DNA of 64,000 nt, from NCBI GenBank assembly GCA_963810755.1, contig CAWEOP010000008.1, positions 648,631 to 712,630 on the forward strand, in the 5' to 3' direction. Origin of the DNA: an uncultured Gammaproteobacteria bacterium. Its GTDB lineage: Bacteria > Pseudomonadota > Gammaproteobacteria > Steroidobacterales > Rariloculaceae. The position numbers and the translations under genes were made by a program. Below are positions 1-9,681 of the stretch, piece by piece. The notes below the pieces were generated by a model, which saw nothing but the letters and a program-made list of their open reading frames with translations, searched no databases and was not told where the DNA came from. Within the stretch, counting starts at the first letter, position 1. Each line of letters opens with the position of its first letter.

Positions 1-216
1 GCGCGCGTCGTGCGAGAGCGCGCGGTGCGCGAGGAGTGGATTGCAGGCGCCGAGGATGGTGTAAGGCCGAAAGTCCACCCCGAGCTTTTCTTTGAACGTG
101 GCTCGCACGTCGATTCGTGTGAGGATCCCGAATCCTTCTTGCCGCAGTTCCTCGCCGACGCGCGTCAGGGCGACTTCGTAGCTCACGGGCAGTTTGGTTT
201 CGAATGAGAGGTTCAA
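1..216 (-). CDS. DUF302 domain protein (partial; 3' end runs off the window; TTG start at 216)
   Basis: Reverse-strand translation from TTG(216) gives LNLSFETKLPVSYEVALTRVGEELRQEGFGILTRIDVRATFKEKLGVDFRPYTILGACNPLLAHRAL. This fits the DUF302 core as I recall it (GF..l..id...lg.df.pY.ILGaCNP). GGAG lies a few nt upstream. It is not in the ORF track because it is truncated and has a non-ATG start. Confidence 0.55.
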   Translation of the reverse strand, partial: MNLSFETKLPVSYEVALTRVGEELRQEGFGILTRIDVRATFKEKLGVDFRPYTILGACNPLLAHRALSHDAR

Positions 217-351
217 GGTGGCTCCTCGAGCGCGTTACCGCATGCTCCCCGCGCCCGGCGCGCGTGTATATACGTGTAAGCCGCAATAGACGGCTCGTGA
301 GCTGATGATCGTCCGGCATGGACCGGCGGAGGTTGTGCTAACCTCGAGACC

Positions 352-1416
352 ATGTGTTCCGGCGTCGTCCAACGCTTCATCGCGCTCATCGGTATTTCCA
401 CGGCGACAGTCCTCACGTGGCCGTCGCCGGCAGCTGCGCAAGCGAAAGGCTCGGCGGATTCGATGGCGGCCGCGCGCGTCAACGGGAGCTGGGCCCCGCC
501 GCGCACCCCCTGGGGTCATCCCGACCTCGAAGGGATCTGGACGACGGACGACATGCGGGGCATTCCGCAGCAGCGCCCCGAGCAATACGGCACTCGGCAG
601 TATCTGACCGACCAGGAATTCGCCGAGCGCGAAGCGCAGCGCGAACGCGCGAGGCAGACGCAGGACCGCGGCGCGGTGGGCACGTTCCGCAATGAGGAGG
701 GCACGCGCTCCTTCAGCTACACGTCGATGGTGATCGACCCTCCGGACGGCCGCGTCCCGCCGACGGTGCCCGCAGCCAAGGAGCGGCGCTCGACGCCCGG
801 CACGTTCGGCATCGGGCCATTCGACAGAGTGCTCGACTTCAACCTCTACGACCGCTGCATCACGCGCGGCGTAATCGGCTCGTTCGGGGCGGCCGTGTAC
901 GGCAACGGCGCACGAATATTGCAGACGCCGGATACGGTGATCATCTCCCACGAGATGGTCCACGACACGCGGATCATCCCGCTCGACGGCCGCCCGCCAC
1001 TCGGCGCTAACATCCGCCAGTACATGGGCGACTCGCGCGGTCATTGGGAAGGGAACACGCTCGTCGTCACCACGGCGAACTTCACGGACAAGACGAACAT
1101 CGCCGGCGCGCGCCACAGCGAGCAGCTGCGGCTGACGGAACGCTTCACGCGCATCGATCCCGAGATGATCGACTACGAGGTCCGCGTCGAAGATCCGCTG
1201 ACGTGGGAGAAACCGTGGACGATGCGCATGACGATCACGCAGCAGCCGAGCTACGAGATCTACGAGTACTCGTGCCACGAGGGGAACGTAGCGCTCCCGC
1301 ATACCTTGATGGGAGAGCGCGCCTACGAGAAGGCGGCCGCCGAGGCCGCGGCGAAGGGGTTGCCGCCGCCGGAGCGCGTGTTCGAACGCGTGAACGGGCC
1401 AGACCGAGCAAGATAG
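352..1416 (+). CDS. Exported P-family paralog P1 (uncharacterised)
   Basis: 354-aa ORF with a signal-like N-terminus (RFIALIGISTATVLTWPSPAAAQA). It carries the motifs shared by six other ORFs here: GHPDLEGIW, RCITRG, IPLDGRP, GHWEGNTLVVTT, YEVRVEDPLTWEKPW and YEYSCHEGN. Confidence 0.8.
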   Translation: MCSGVVQRFIALIGISTATVLTWPSPAAAQAKGSADSMAAARVNGSWAPPRTPWGHPDLEGIWTTDDMRGIPQQRPEQYGTRQYLTDQEFAEREAQRERARQTQDRGAVGTFRNEEGTRSFSYTSMVIDPPDGRVPPTVPAAKERRSTPGTFGIGPFDRVLDFNLYDRCITRGVIGSFGAAVYGNGARILQTPDTVIISHEMVHDTRIIPLDGRPPLGANIRQYMGDSRGHWEGNTLVVTTANFTDKTNIAGARHSEQLRLTERFTRIDPEMIDYEVRVEDPLTWEKPWTMRMTITQQPSYEIYEYSCHEGNVALPHTLMGERAYEKAAAEAAAKGLPPPERVFERVNGPDRAR

Positions 1417-1527
1417 GGCGGGCCGCGCCGAGTGCGATGACGCGGTGAGACGGTTGCGGTTGCCACTCGCAACCCGCCGGGCTCGGTACTAAGCTGAGCC
1501 CCATTCCAGCTCGCCAGGGGTACTCCG

Positions 1528-4308
1528 ATGAAACGGCTTCCGATCTCGGCCGTGGTGGCGGCCGTCGCTCTTTCTTGCACGCTCGGCATCACGCTCGACG
1601 CGCCCGCGCAGCGCAGCCGCGACGCCGGCGCAGCGCTCCCCGACGTCGAAATCCCGTTCGACACGTTCACGCTCGCGAACGGCCTGCGAGTCGTCGTGAG
1701 CACCGACCGCAAAGCGCCCGTGGTCGCGGTCGGCGTGTGGTACGCGGTGGGCTCGCGGGATGAGCCCACGGGCAAGACCGGCTTTGCGCACCTGTTCGAG
1801 CATCTGATGTTCAACGGCACGGAGAACTACAACAACGAATTCTTCGAGCCGCTTCAATCCGTCGGCGCCACCGACATGAACGGCACCACGTGGTTCGACC
1901 GCACCAACTATTTCCAAACCGTGCCGAACACGGCCCTCGACCTCGCGCTCTGGATGGAGAGCGACCGCATGGGGCATCTCCTCGGCGTGGTCGATCAGGC
2001 GAGGCTCGACGAGCAGCGCGGCGTCGTGCAAAACGAGAAGCGGCAGGGCGACAACCGGCCGTACGGTCTCGTCGAGTACAGCATGCTCGCGGGCCTGTTC
2101 CCGGCCGGCCATCCGTATAGCTGGTCGACGATCGGCTCGATGCAGGACCTCGACGCGGCGTCGCTCGACGACGTGAGGAACTGGTTCCGCGAGCACTACG
2201 GTGCCGCGAACGCGGTGCTCGCGCTCGTCGGCGACATCGATGTCGCTACGGCGCGCCCGCTCGTCGAGAAATACTTCGGCGACATCGATCCGGGTCCGCC
2301 AGTGGCGCGCCGCGAAGCCGCCGTGCCGATCCGCGCGAGCAATACGCACGACACGCTTCGCGACCGCGTGCCGCAAGCACGCGTTTATCGCTATTGGGCG
2401 GTGCCCGGTGTCGACAAGCGCGAGGCCACGCTGCTGTCACTTGCGGCCGAGGTGCTCGGCCAGGGCAAGTCGTCGCGCCTTTACGAAGCGCTCGTCTACG
2501 ACAAGAAGGTCGCGACTGAGGTCACGGCGTACCTCGAGAAGCACGAGCTCGCGAGCATGCTCGCGATCGAGCTCACGCTCGCTGACGGCGTGAGCGCCGC
2601 TGACGGCGCGCGCGAGCTCGACACGCAAGTCGCGGCGTTTCTCGCGAGCGGGCCCACGAGCGCCGAGCTGGAGCGCGTGCGCATGGTCGACTACTCGAGC
2701 TTCGTGCGCGGCGTCGAGCGCGTCGGCGGCTTCGGCGGCAAGACGGTGGTGCTCGCCGAGGGTTGGCTCTACGCCGACGATCCCGGCTTCTACCGCCGTC
2801 AGCTGCAATGGATGCGCGAGGCGCGGCCGCAGGACGTTGCGGAGGCCGCGCGCGAGTGGCTGAGCCACGGATATCACCAAGTCGACGTCGTTCCGTTCGG
2901 CGCTCTCACGGCCGGAGCCGAGCACGCGGACCGCAGCAAGCTGCCCGTCGTCGATCGAACGCCCGAGCTCACGTTCCCGGCGATCGAGCGCGCGACGCTC
3001 GCGAACGGCGCGAAGCTCGTCGTCGCGCAGCGCGCGGGCGCGCCGCTCGTGGAGCTGCTCGCGCAATTCGGCGGCGGCTTCAACTCGGATTTCGGCGGCC
3101 CGCTCGGGCTCGCGTCGTTCACGACGAGCATGCTCGAAGAGGGCACGACTACACGCTCGGCGCTCGAGATCGCGGCCGAGGCCGAGCGCCTCGGCGCGCA
3201 GCTCAACACGAACGCCACGCTCGGCACGAGCGACGTGCGCGCGTCCGCGCTCAAGGCGAGCCTCGCGCCGACGCTCGCGCTAATGGCGGACGTGATCCGC
3301 AACCCGGCGTTCGCCCCGGCCGAGATCGAGCGATTGCGCAACATCTGGCTCGCGCAGATCCAGCAAGAGAAGGCGCAACCGCAGAGCCTCGCGTCGCGCC
3401 TGATGCCGCTCGCGATCTACGGCGCCGATAGCCCGTACGGGATGCCCCTCACGGGCAGCGGCGACGAAGCGTCAATAGCGAAGCTCACGCGCGACGATCT
3501 CGCGCGCTTCCATCGGCAGCGCATCCGCCCCGACAACGTCACGTTCTACGTGGTCGGCGACCTCGACCTCGCGGCCGCGACGGCCGCGCTCGAAGCCGCG
3601 TTCCGCGGCTGGAGCGCGCCGGCGGAGCCCGTGCCGCCGCTCCGGAGCGCGGCGGCGCCGCAACGTTCGTCGCCGCGGTTGATTCTCGTCGACCGGCCTA
3701 ATGCGCCGCAGAGCTTGATCTACGTGGGGCGTGCGACGACGCCGGCCGCTGCGCCGACGGCGCTCGCGCAGATCGCGATGAATAGCGCCTTCGGCGGCCA
3801 GTTCACGGCGCGCATCAACATGAATCTGCGTGAGGACAAGCACTGGTCTTACGGCGTGCGGAGCTCGTTCATCGACGCCCCCGGGCCGCGGCCGTGGTTC
3901 ATTTCCGCGCCCGTGCAGACCGACAAGACGATCGAAAGTGTCGCTGAGCTGCGCAGGGAAGTGGCTGACCTCAACGGCGCTCGGCCGATCTCGGCGGAGG
4001 AGTTCGAGCGCGTGCGCACGCAGGGGATTCGTGCGCTACCTGGCCAGTTCGAGACCGCCGCGAACGTGCTGAGCTCGATCTCCAACGCCGCGTCGGCGGG
4101 CCGGCCGCTCGATTGGAGCGCGACGTTGGCCGCGCGCTACCGCACGCTGTCGCTCGCCGAGACGCGGGCGGCCGCGCAGGAGGTCGTCAAAGCGGACGAG
4201 CTCGTGTGGGTGGTGGTCGGAGATCGCGCGAAGATCGAGAAAGGACTGCGCGCGCTCGACATCGCGCCGCTCGAAGTTTGGGACGAGGATGGGAGTCCTG
4301 CGAGGTAA
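1528..4308 (+). CDS. M16 (pitrilysin/insulinase) family zinc peptidase, two-unit form
   Basis: 926-aa ORF with a signal-like N-terminus. It has the HxxEH zinc motif (FAHLFEHLMFNGT) followed by a second, non-catalytic-looking M16-like half. Confidence 0.9.
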   Translation: MKRLPISAVVAAVALSCTLGITLDAPAQRSRDAGAALPDVEIPFDTFTLANGLRVVVSTDRKAPVVAVGVWYAVGSRDEPTGKTGFAHLFEHLMFNGTENYNNEFFEPLQSVGATDMNGTTWFDRTNYFQTVPNTALDLALWMESDRMGHLLGVVDQARLDEQRGVVQNEKRQGDNRPYGLVEYSMLAGLFPAGHPYSWSTIGSMQDLDAASLDDVRNWFREHYGAANAVLALVGDIDVATARPLVEKYFGDIDPGPPVARREAAVPIRASNTHDTLRDRVPQARVYRYWAVPGVDKREATLLSLAAEVLGQGKSSRLYEALVYDKKVATEVTAYLEKHELASMLAIELTLADGVSAADGARELDTQVAAFLASGPTSAELERVRMVDYSSFVRGVERVGGFGGKTVVLAEGWLYADDPGFYRRQLQWMREARPQDVAEAAREWLSHGYHQVDVVPFGALTAGAEHADRSKLPVVDRTPELTFPAIERATLANGAKLVVAQRAGAPLVELLAQFGGGFNSDFGGPLGLASFTTSMLEEGTTTRSALEIAAEAERLGAQLNTNATLGTSDVRASALKASLAPTLALMADVIRNPAFAPAEIERLRNIWLAQIQQEKAQPQSLASRLMPLAIYGADSPYGMPLTGSGDEASIAKLTRDDLARFHRQRIRPDNVTFYVVGDLDLAAATAALEAAFRGWSAPAEPVPPLRSAAAPQRSSPRLILVDRPNAPQSLIYVGRATTPAAAPTALAQIAMNSAFGGQFTARINMNLREDKHWSYGVRSSFIDAPGPRPWFISAPVQTDKTIESVAELRREVADLNGARPISAEEFERVRTQGIRALPGQFETAANVLSSISNAASAGRPLDWSATLAARYRTLSLAETRAAAQEVVKADELVWVVVGDRAKIEKGLRALDIAPLEVWDEDGSPAR

Positions 4309-4369
4309 CCGGCCTCCCTGCGATTTTAGGTGTGATGCAGCCTGGCAATACTCGTGCCTTGCGGGGTAC

Positions 4370-6406
4370 TCAACGCGAAACAGGTACGAGCTCCGAGCGC
4401 AGCGCAACCCAATCGGGAGTCTCGAGCACCGGGTCGCTCCAGGTGTTCTGCCGGATCAGTGCGAGCGTCATTGGATCCATGCCCACGCCGCGATCAGCGA
4501 GTGCGGCGCGGACCTGCTCGCGAGCGCGGTCGTGCTTCCCGAGCGCGAGAGAGGCCATGGCCATGAGCCCCGGGTCCAAGTGATAGCCCGCGACGCTGCG
4601 CTCGAACTCCGCAATCAGCCGCTCGGCGTCGGCATGCGCGCCGACGCTCGCGTAGCTGCACGCCGCGTCGACGCGGAAGTTGCGCGCGTCCTCGAGAAAC
4701 TGCTCCGCGAGTCGCAGCGGCTCCAGCACCTGCTCCGGATCGCCGCTCGCCGTGCGCGTGCGCGCGAGCCCGACGTAGCCGATGGACGCCGTCGGCGCAG
4801 CCTCGATCATTGCTTCGTATTCCTTCGCGGCGGCGTCGACGTTGCCTAGTGCGCGCAATGCCATCGCAAGCGGCGTGTGCGGCGCGGGATTCTTGGGATC
4901 GAGCTCGATGGCGCGCCGCGCGGCGCGGACGGCGTCGGCGTGCTCGTCGCGTAGGAACGCGGCCATGGCGCTGTAATGCAGCACGACGAGGTCGTTCGGG
5001 TTGATCTGCAGCGCACGATCGAGCGTCGCGCGCGCGTCGGCGAACCGCCCGCGGAAGAGATCGAGGCGCGCGAGCGTGGCGTAGGCCGTGGCTTCGGTCG
5101 GATCGAGCGCCACGGCGCGCCGCGCGTCCGCGTCGATCCGCTCCACGAGCTCGGTCCTCACGCCGCGCCAGCCCTCGGCCGGTATCGGGTCGAAAGTGAG
5201 CGAATCCATGCGGAGGTGCGCGCGCCAAGCGAGCGCCGCGGCAAAATTCGGGTCGAGCGCCGACGCCTCGTCGAGGTAGTTCAACATCGTCCGGCGGATC
5301 GCGAGCGGCGTGCCGACGCCGATGCCGCCATGCGTGCGATACAACGACAGCACACGAAGGTAGAGCGCGTAGGCGCGCGGCGACCGCGTCCGCGGGGGGC
5401 GCGATTCGGCACGGGCCGTGGGCGCGAGCTCGGGCTCGATAGCGGCCGCGATACGGGCCGCGATGTCGGCCTGGATGTCGAACACGTCGCGCGGGTCGGC
5501 GTCGTACTCCTCGCTCCAAACACCGGAGCTCGTGGCCGCATCGATCAGCCGCACACTGACGCGTACGCGATCGGGAGAATAGCGCACGGAACCCTCGACG
5601 ATCGCTGCCACGTTGAGGTCGGCCGCGATTTCGCCAATCGGTGCGGTGCCGTTCGCGTAGCGCATGACGGATGTGCTTGCGATCACGTTGACGCCTCGGA
5701 TCTTAGCGAGCCGGCTCAGGATCTCTTCGTGCATGCCGGCCGCGAAGTACGCGTCGTCCTCGTTCGGGCTGAGATCCTTGAACGGCAGCACGGCGACGGA
5801 GCTCGGCAATGGCGAGTGTGGCCCGAGCGCGGCGGCTTGCGCACGCGGGGCCGCGCGCGACGGCGAATTCTCCGCCGCGTAGCGACTGGCGAGCAGCGTT
5901 GCGCCGAAGACGGCGAGAGCTGCGAGCGCACCTGACGCGGCTACGCCCAAGAGCAATCGGCGCGCGGCAGACGTGCGCGCGGTCGCAGGCGCGCTCAACG
6001 TGACGGCGCCGGCGGTGCCGATGTCCGCGGCGGGTGCGGCGGCTTCGTTTGCGAGCGCCGCGCGCGCGGCAGCGCGTTTCCGTACGGCGACCACGAGCTG
6101 ATAGCCGCGCCGCGGCACGGTCGCGACGAACCGCGGCTCGTCCTGCGCGTCGCCGAGTGCGCGCCGCAGCGCCGCGATCGTTTGGCTGAGGTTGTTGTCC
6201 TCGACGATCGTGGTCGGCCAGAGCGCGGCCGCGAGCGCCTGGCGCGTCACGACGTGGCCTGCGTGCTCCGCCAGACAAACCAAAGCGTCGAACGCCTTCG
6301 CCGTGATCGGTACGTAAGTTCCGTCCCCGCGCGTGAGGACGCGCCGAGCGGGGTCGAGCTCGAACCCCTCGAATTCATAGACGAAGTCGGCTTGCGGGTC
6401 GTTCAT
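4370..6406 (-). CDS. CadC/OmpR-type winged-helix regulator with TM segment and TPR repeats
   Basis: The N-terminus (FEGFELDPARRVLTR...LSQTIAALRRALGD...RFVATVPRRGYQLV) is a typical trans_reg_C winged helix. A hydrophobic segment (LLLGVAASGALAALAVFGATLLA) follows, then C-terminal TPR-like repeats. I took the start at MNDPQ (6406); the ORF-track maximum is 6451. Confidence 0.8.
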   Translation of the reverse strand: MNDPQADFVYEFEGFELDPARRVLTRGDGTYVPITAKAFDALVCLAEHAGHVVTRQALAAALWPTTIVEDNNLSQTIAALRRALGDAQDEPRFVATVPRRGYQLVVAVRKRAAARAALANEAAAPAADIGTAGAVTLSAPATARTSAARRLLLGVAASGALAALAVFGATLLASRYAAENSPSRAAPRAQAAALGPHSPLPSSVAVLPFKDLSPNEDDAYFAAGMHEEILSRLAKIRGVNVIASTSVMRYANGTAPIGEIAADLNVAAIVEGSVRYSPDRVRVSVRLIDAATSSGVWSEEYDADPRDVFDIQADIAARIAAAIEPELAPTARAESRPPRTRSPRAYALYLRVLSLYRTHGGIGVGTPLAIRRTMLNYLDEASALDPNFAAALAWRAHLRMDSLTFDPIPAEGWRGVRTELVERIDADARRAVALDPTEATAYATLARLDLFRGRFADARATLDRALQINPNDLVVLHYSAMAAFLRDEHADAVRAARRAIELDPKNPAPHTPLAMALRALGNVDAAAKEYEAMIEAAPTASIGYVGLARTRTASGDPEQVLEPLRLAEQFLEDARNFRVDAACSYASVGAHADAERLIAEFERSVAGYHLDPGLMAMASLALGKHDRAREQVRAALADRGVGMDPMTLALIRQNTWSDPVLETPDWVALRSELVPVSR

Positions 6407-6552
6407 CGCACGCTGCGGGCGGCCGTTACAGCGAATTTCATCAGATTTCACCGAACCGGCAACGTTTTCTCACGTCGCGGTCCGTTAACTAGTGTCGTCA
6501 GAGTCTTGGGTATTCGCAATCGCGGAAAGCGTGTGCGCCGCGGAAGGAGAGG

Positions 6553-7311
6553 GTGATGGCTGCTGCAACGGGGTTCCCAATCGCGGGCGCGAGAGAGGCT
6601 GCGGCTCGGCGATCGTTACAGTACGTGATCACGGCCTGCGGGCTTGCCCTCGTGGTGTTTCTCGCGTTCACGCGCACCTATTGGGCGCCGCTCGCGTCGA
6701 GCTCGGACGCGCTGCACCCCGCGATCCACGTGCACGCCGTCCTGTTCTTCACGTGGACCCTGTTCTTCGTGGCCCAAACGGCTCTCGTCGCCGGCGGCCG
6801 CACGGTCTGGCACCGCGAGCTCGGCATGATCGGGATAGCGCTCGCCGCAGCGATGCTGTTCTCGGGAATGCTCGCCACTATCGTGAGCTTGAACGCAGGG
6901 CTTGCCGGGCCGCGACCCGACGTTGCGCGGCGAGCAGCCGCGCTGAGCTTTTCCGGAATGACGCTGTTCACGACATTCGTGACGCTCGGGATCGCGAGCG
7001 TCAAGGCTCCCGAACGTCACAAGCGCTTCATGGTGCTCACCACGTTCGCGATCCTGCAGGCGGCGGTCGCGCGCGTGATCATGCTTTTTCCGGCGATCAC
7101 GCTACCGCAGCGCGTTCACGTCGGGGCAGCGATCGTGGACGCGCTCCTGCTCGGAGTGATGCTGCACGATCGCCGCCTCACGGGGCGCTGGCATCCGGCC
7201 TATGTGCTCGGCCTCGCGTTCATCGTGGCGATCCAAGTCGCACGCAGCGCGATTCTCGACACGCCGCTGTGGATCGACTTCACGGCGTGGTTGGCGGCAC
7301 TGGCGCGTTGA
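6553..7311 (+). CDS. Integral membrane protein, unknown function
   Basis: 252-aa ORF with several long hydrophobic stretches (ACGLALVVFLAF, VLFFTWTLFFVAQTALVA, IGIALAAAMLFSGMLATIV and others). No family recognised. Confidence 0.6.
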   Translation: MMAAATGFPIAGAREAAARRSLQYVITACGLALVVFLAFTRTYWAPLASSSDALHPAIHVHAVLFFTWTLFFVAQTALVAGGRTVWHRELGMIGIALAAAMLFSGMLATIVSLNAGLAGPRPDVARRAAALSFSGMTLFTTFVTLGIASVKAPERHKRFMVLTTFAILQAAVARVIMLFPAITLPQRVHVGAAIVDALLLGVMLHDRRLTGRWHPAYVLGLAFIVAIQVARSAILDTPLWIDFTAWLAALAR

Positions 7312-7320
7312 ACATATCGC

Positions 7321-7348
7321 GGCGCGCCCGCCGCTCGGCGGGCGCGCC
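7321..7348. terminator. GC-rich hairpin between convergent genes (possible bidirectional terminator)
   Basis: GGCGCGCCCGCC-gctc-GGCGGGCGCGCC forms a perfect 12-bp stem with a 4-nt loop. It lies between the stops at 7311 (+) and 7356 (-). There is no clear U-tract. Confidence 0.4.
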
Positions 7349-7355
7349 GGTACAC

Positions 7356-7727
7356 TCAATGCCAATACGGCTTCGTGCCGTAGTGCGTGAACGCCCGATC
7401 GCGGAACGCGCGACCGTCGTCCTTCGTCAATGCCTCGAGCGAGTCCGCCGGGGCGTTCTTGAGCTGCTCTGCGGTGAACGAGACGACGTACCCGCCCTGG
7501 GTCGGGTCGTAGTCGAGCTCGCTCCACGGCACGGGGTGGTATTTCTCGCCCATGCCGAGCAAGCCGCCGAAGCTCACGACGGCAAACAAAATATTGTTGG
7601 AAGTTTTCTCGAGAATGATGTCTTTGACCTCACCGATCTTCTTCCCGGTGGGGTCGTACACGTTCGTGCCGATGGCTTTGCCGGCGCGGATTGCGGTGGT
7701 GTGCCCTGTTACTGTCGTCATCGTCAT
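7356..7727 (-). CDS. PRC-barrel domain protein
   Basis: GKKIGEVKDIILEKTSNNILFAVVSFGGLLGMGEKYHPVPWSEL is PRC-barrel-like. AAGGAGG lies just upstream of the ATG pair at 7727/7721, and 7721 has the better spacing. Confidence 0.8.
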   Translation of the reverse strand: MTMTTVTGHTTAIRAGKAIGTNVYDPTGKKIGEVKDIILEKTSNNILFAVVSFGGLLGMGEKYHPVPWSELDYDPTQGGYVVSFTAEQLKNAPADSLEALTKDDGRAFRDRAFTHYGTKPYWH

Positions 7728-7775
7728 GGCCTCCTTGTTTGAGTTGCGGCAGTGACGATGCACGAAGAGTGCCAA

Positions 7776-9531
7776 TCACGACTCCGCTGCGTGCTTCCCG
7801 GCGATGAACCCCTGGCACATGCAGCGCGCGAGTCCGTGCATGGAAAAACCACCCGCCGATTCGCCGCCGCAATAGAGGCCGGCGATCACGGCGCCGTTCA
7901 GGTCGACGACCTGACATTCGGCGTTGATCCGCAGGCCCGCGCGCGTGTCGTGGATCACGGGCGTGGACCACGCGGCATAGAACGGCGGCCTGGCGATCTT
8001 GTACGGCGGCTTTGGCCTGCCGAAGTCCTCGTCCGTGCCGGAGTCGACGAACGAATTGAAACGCGCGATCGTGGCCACGAGGTTTGCGGGCGGCATGGGC
8101 ACACGCTGATGCTTCATCACGATCTTCTCGGCGAGGCTCGCGAGCGTATCGGCGCTGAAGAAGAAACCTCGCTCGACATCCACGTTCGGCGGCGCCGGGC
8201 TCCACTCCTCGCGCTGCACCGCGTCGGCGTCGAAAATCGCCCAAATGGGGCCGCCGCCGTTGCGGCCGTCGCCGATCCCGGCGAGCGCGGCCGCGACCCA
8301 GCCGTTCGGGTCGTAGTCGGTGCGCTTGGCGTTCAGGTAGCTGTTCGGAACATAGGGATCGAGCCGGCGGTAGCTGTTCGACGTGTATTGGCCTGCCGTC
8401 TCGTCGTAGAAACGCTGGCCGAGCATGTTGACGAGAACCACGTTCTGCCAGTCCCCTACGGCCAAGCCGCTCGCGCCCGCTTTGTCGAACACTTCCGAGC
8501 CCGGCATCCAGCGCAAGTTGCGGTAACCGTACTGCGCGCCGAGCGTGCCGGGCTTCGTCAGCGTCTCGCCGAATTCACCCGTCTGGTTGTACGCGCCCCA
8601 GAGCGACGCGCCGATCGCCAGCGCCGCGAGCTCGCCGCTCGCGTCTTGGTTGGACCAGGGCATGCCGGCGAGCCCGCAATATTCCTCCGTCAGCCGCGGA
8701 TCGAACATGCGGCGAAAGTTGACGTTGCCCGGTGGACCCGCCGGTCGCGACGATCACGGCCTTGCGCGCGCGGATATCGAGCGATCCGCCCGTGTGTTCC
8801 GCGGCCACGCCTAGCACGCGCCTCGCACCCGCTTCCTCGCGGTAGATCGCCGTCATGCGATGCTGCAGCAGAATCTGCACGCCGGCTTTGTTGGCCGCCG
8901 CTTCGAGCGGCCGCATCAAGCCGTTGCCGGAGCTCGACGTCATCCGCCGTTCCGGCTCGACCGGCTTGCCGGTCTGCACCAACGGATAGTCCAAGTTGAG
9001 CGGATGCGTTTCGCGCGGCGCCGAGTTGCCGATCGAGCTGCCGCCGAGATTGTCGGGAGCCTTGTCGAGAAAGACGACGCCGTGCGCGCGCAGCCATTCG
9101 AACGTCGCGGTGCAATGGTCGGCGAAGGCGCGAATGAGCTCGCGGTCGTTGTACCGATAGTCGGGGAAGCCATTCGGCTGAACGATCGACCAATCGGTCA
9201 AATCGCGGAACACGAGATCGGGAGAGTCCTCGATACCGTACTTCTTCTGCGCGCTCGTGCCGCCGCCGAGCGGAAGATTGCCGCCGCTGCAGATGGCGTG
9301 GCCGCCGATGTGATTCTCGGCTTCGAGCAGCACGACGTCGGCGCCCGATTCCCTCGCGACGATCGCCGCGGGAAGTCCCGTCGCCCCGGAGCCGATCACG
9401 ATCACGTCGGTCTCTCGATCCCAATGCCGAGGCGGACGCGTCTCCGCGCCGTCCGCACCGAGCGCTGTCGCCGCGCCGGCGGCGCCGACCGTCTTGACCC
9501 ACTCGCGCCGTGAAATCTTACGTTGCGCCAT
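7776..9531 (-). pseudogene. Tat-exported FAD-dependent oxidoreductase (fumarate reductase/KsdD-like flavoprotein), split by a 1-nt frame break near 8727-8731
   Basis: MAQRKISRREWVKTVGAAGAATALGA is a twin-arginine signal, and DVIVIGSGATGLPAAI is an FAD Rossmann motif. ORFs 8575..9642 and 7776..8708 join as ...IVATGGSTG/NVNFRRMFDPRL... once one base is removed at gccc|ggt. Confidence 0.8.
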
Positions 9532-9681
9532 CGCTGCCCCCGAGCGTGTGCGCCGCAGAATACCACTGCGCGAGCCTCCCGCTTCCGCCGAGTGGCGCTG
9601 CGTGCAACGGACGCGGGCCGGCCTCACCGCCACGTTCGGCACCGTCGCGGGCCGCGCCGGATCGCGAACGGTGAACGGGCG

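Noticed and set aside
235-1302. Long antisense or alternate-frame ORFs, for example 235..1302 -, 1489..2376 -, 7752..8999 +, 12787..14076 +, 27825..29243 +, 35714..37000 +, 43024..44193 - and 53842..55569 +.
   Set aside because: They are Arg/Ala/Gly-rich with no recognisable motifs. Each overlaps an ORF on another frame or strand that has clear family signatures. This is the usual high-GC open-frame artefact.
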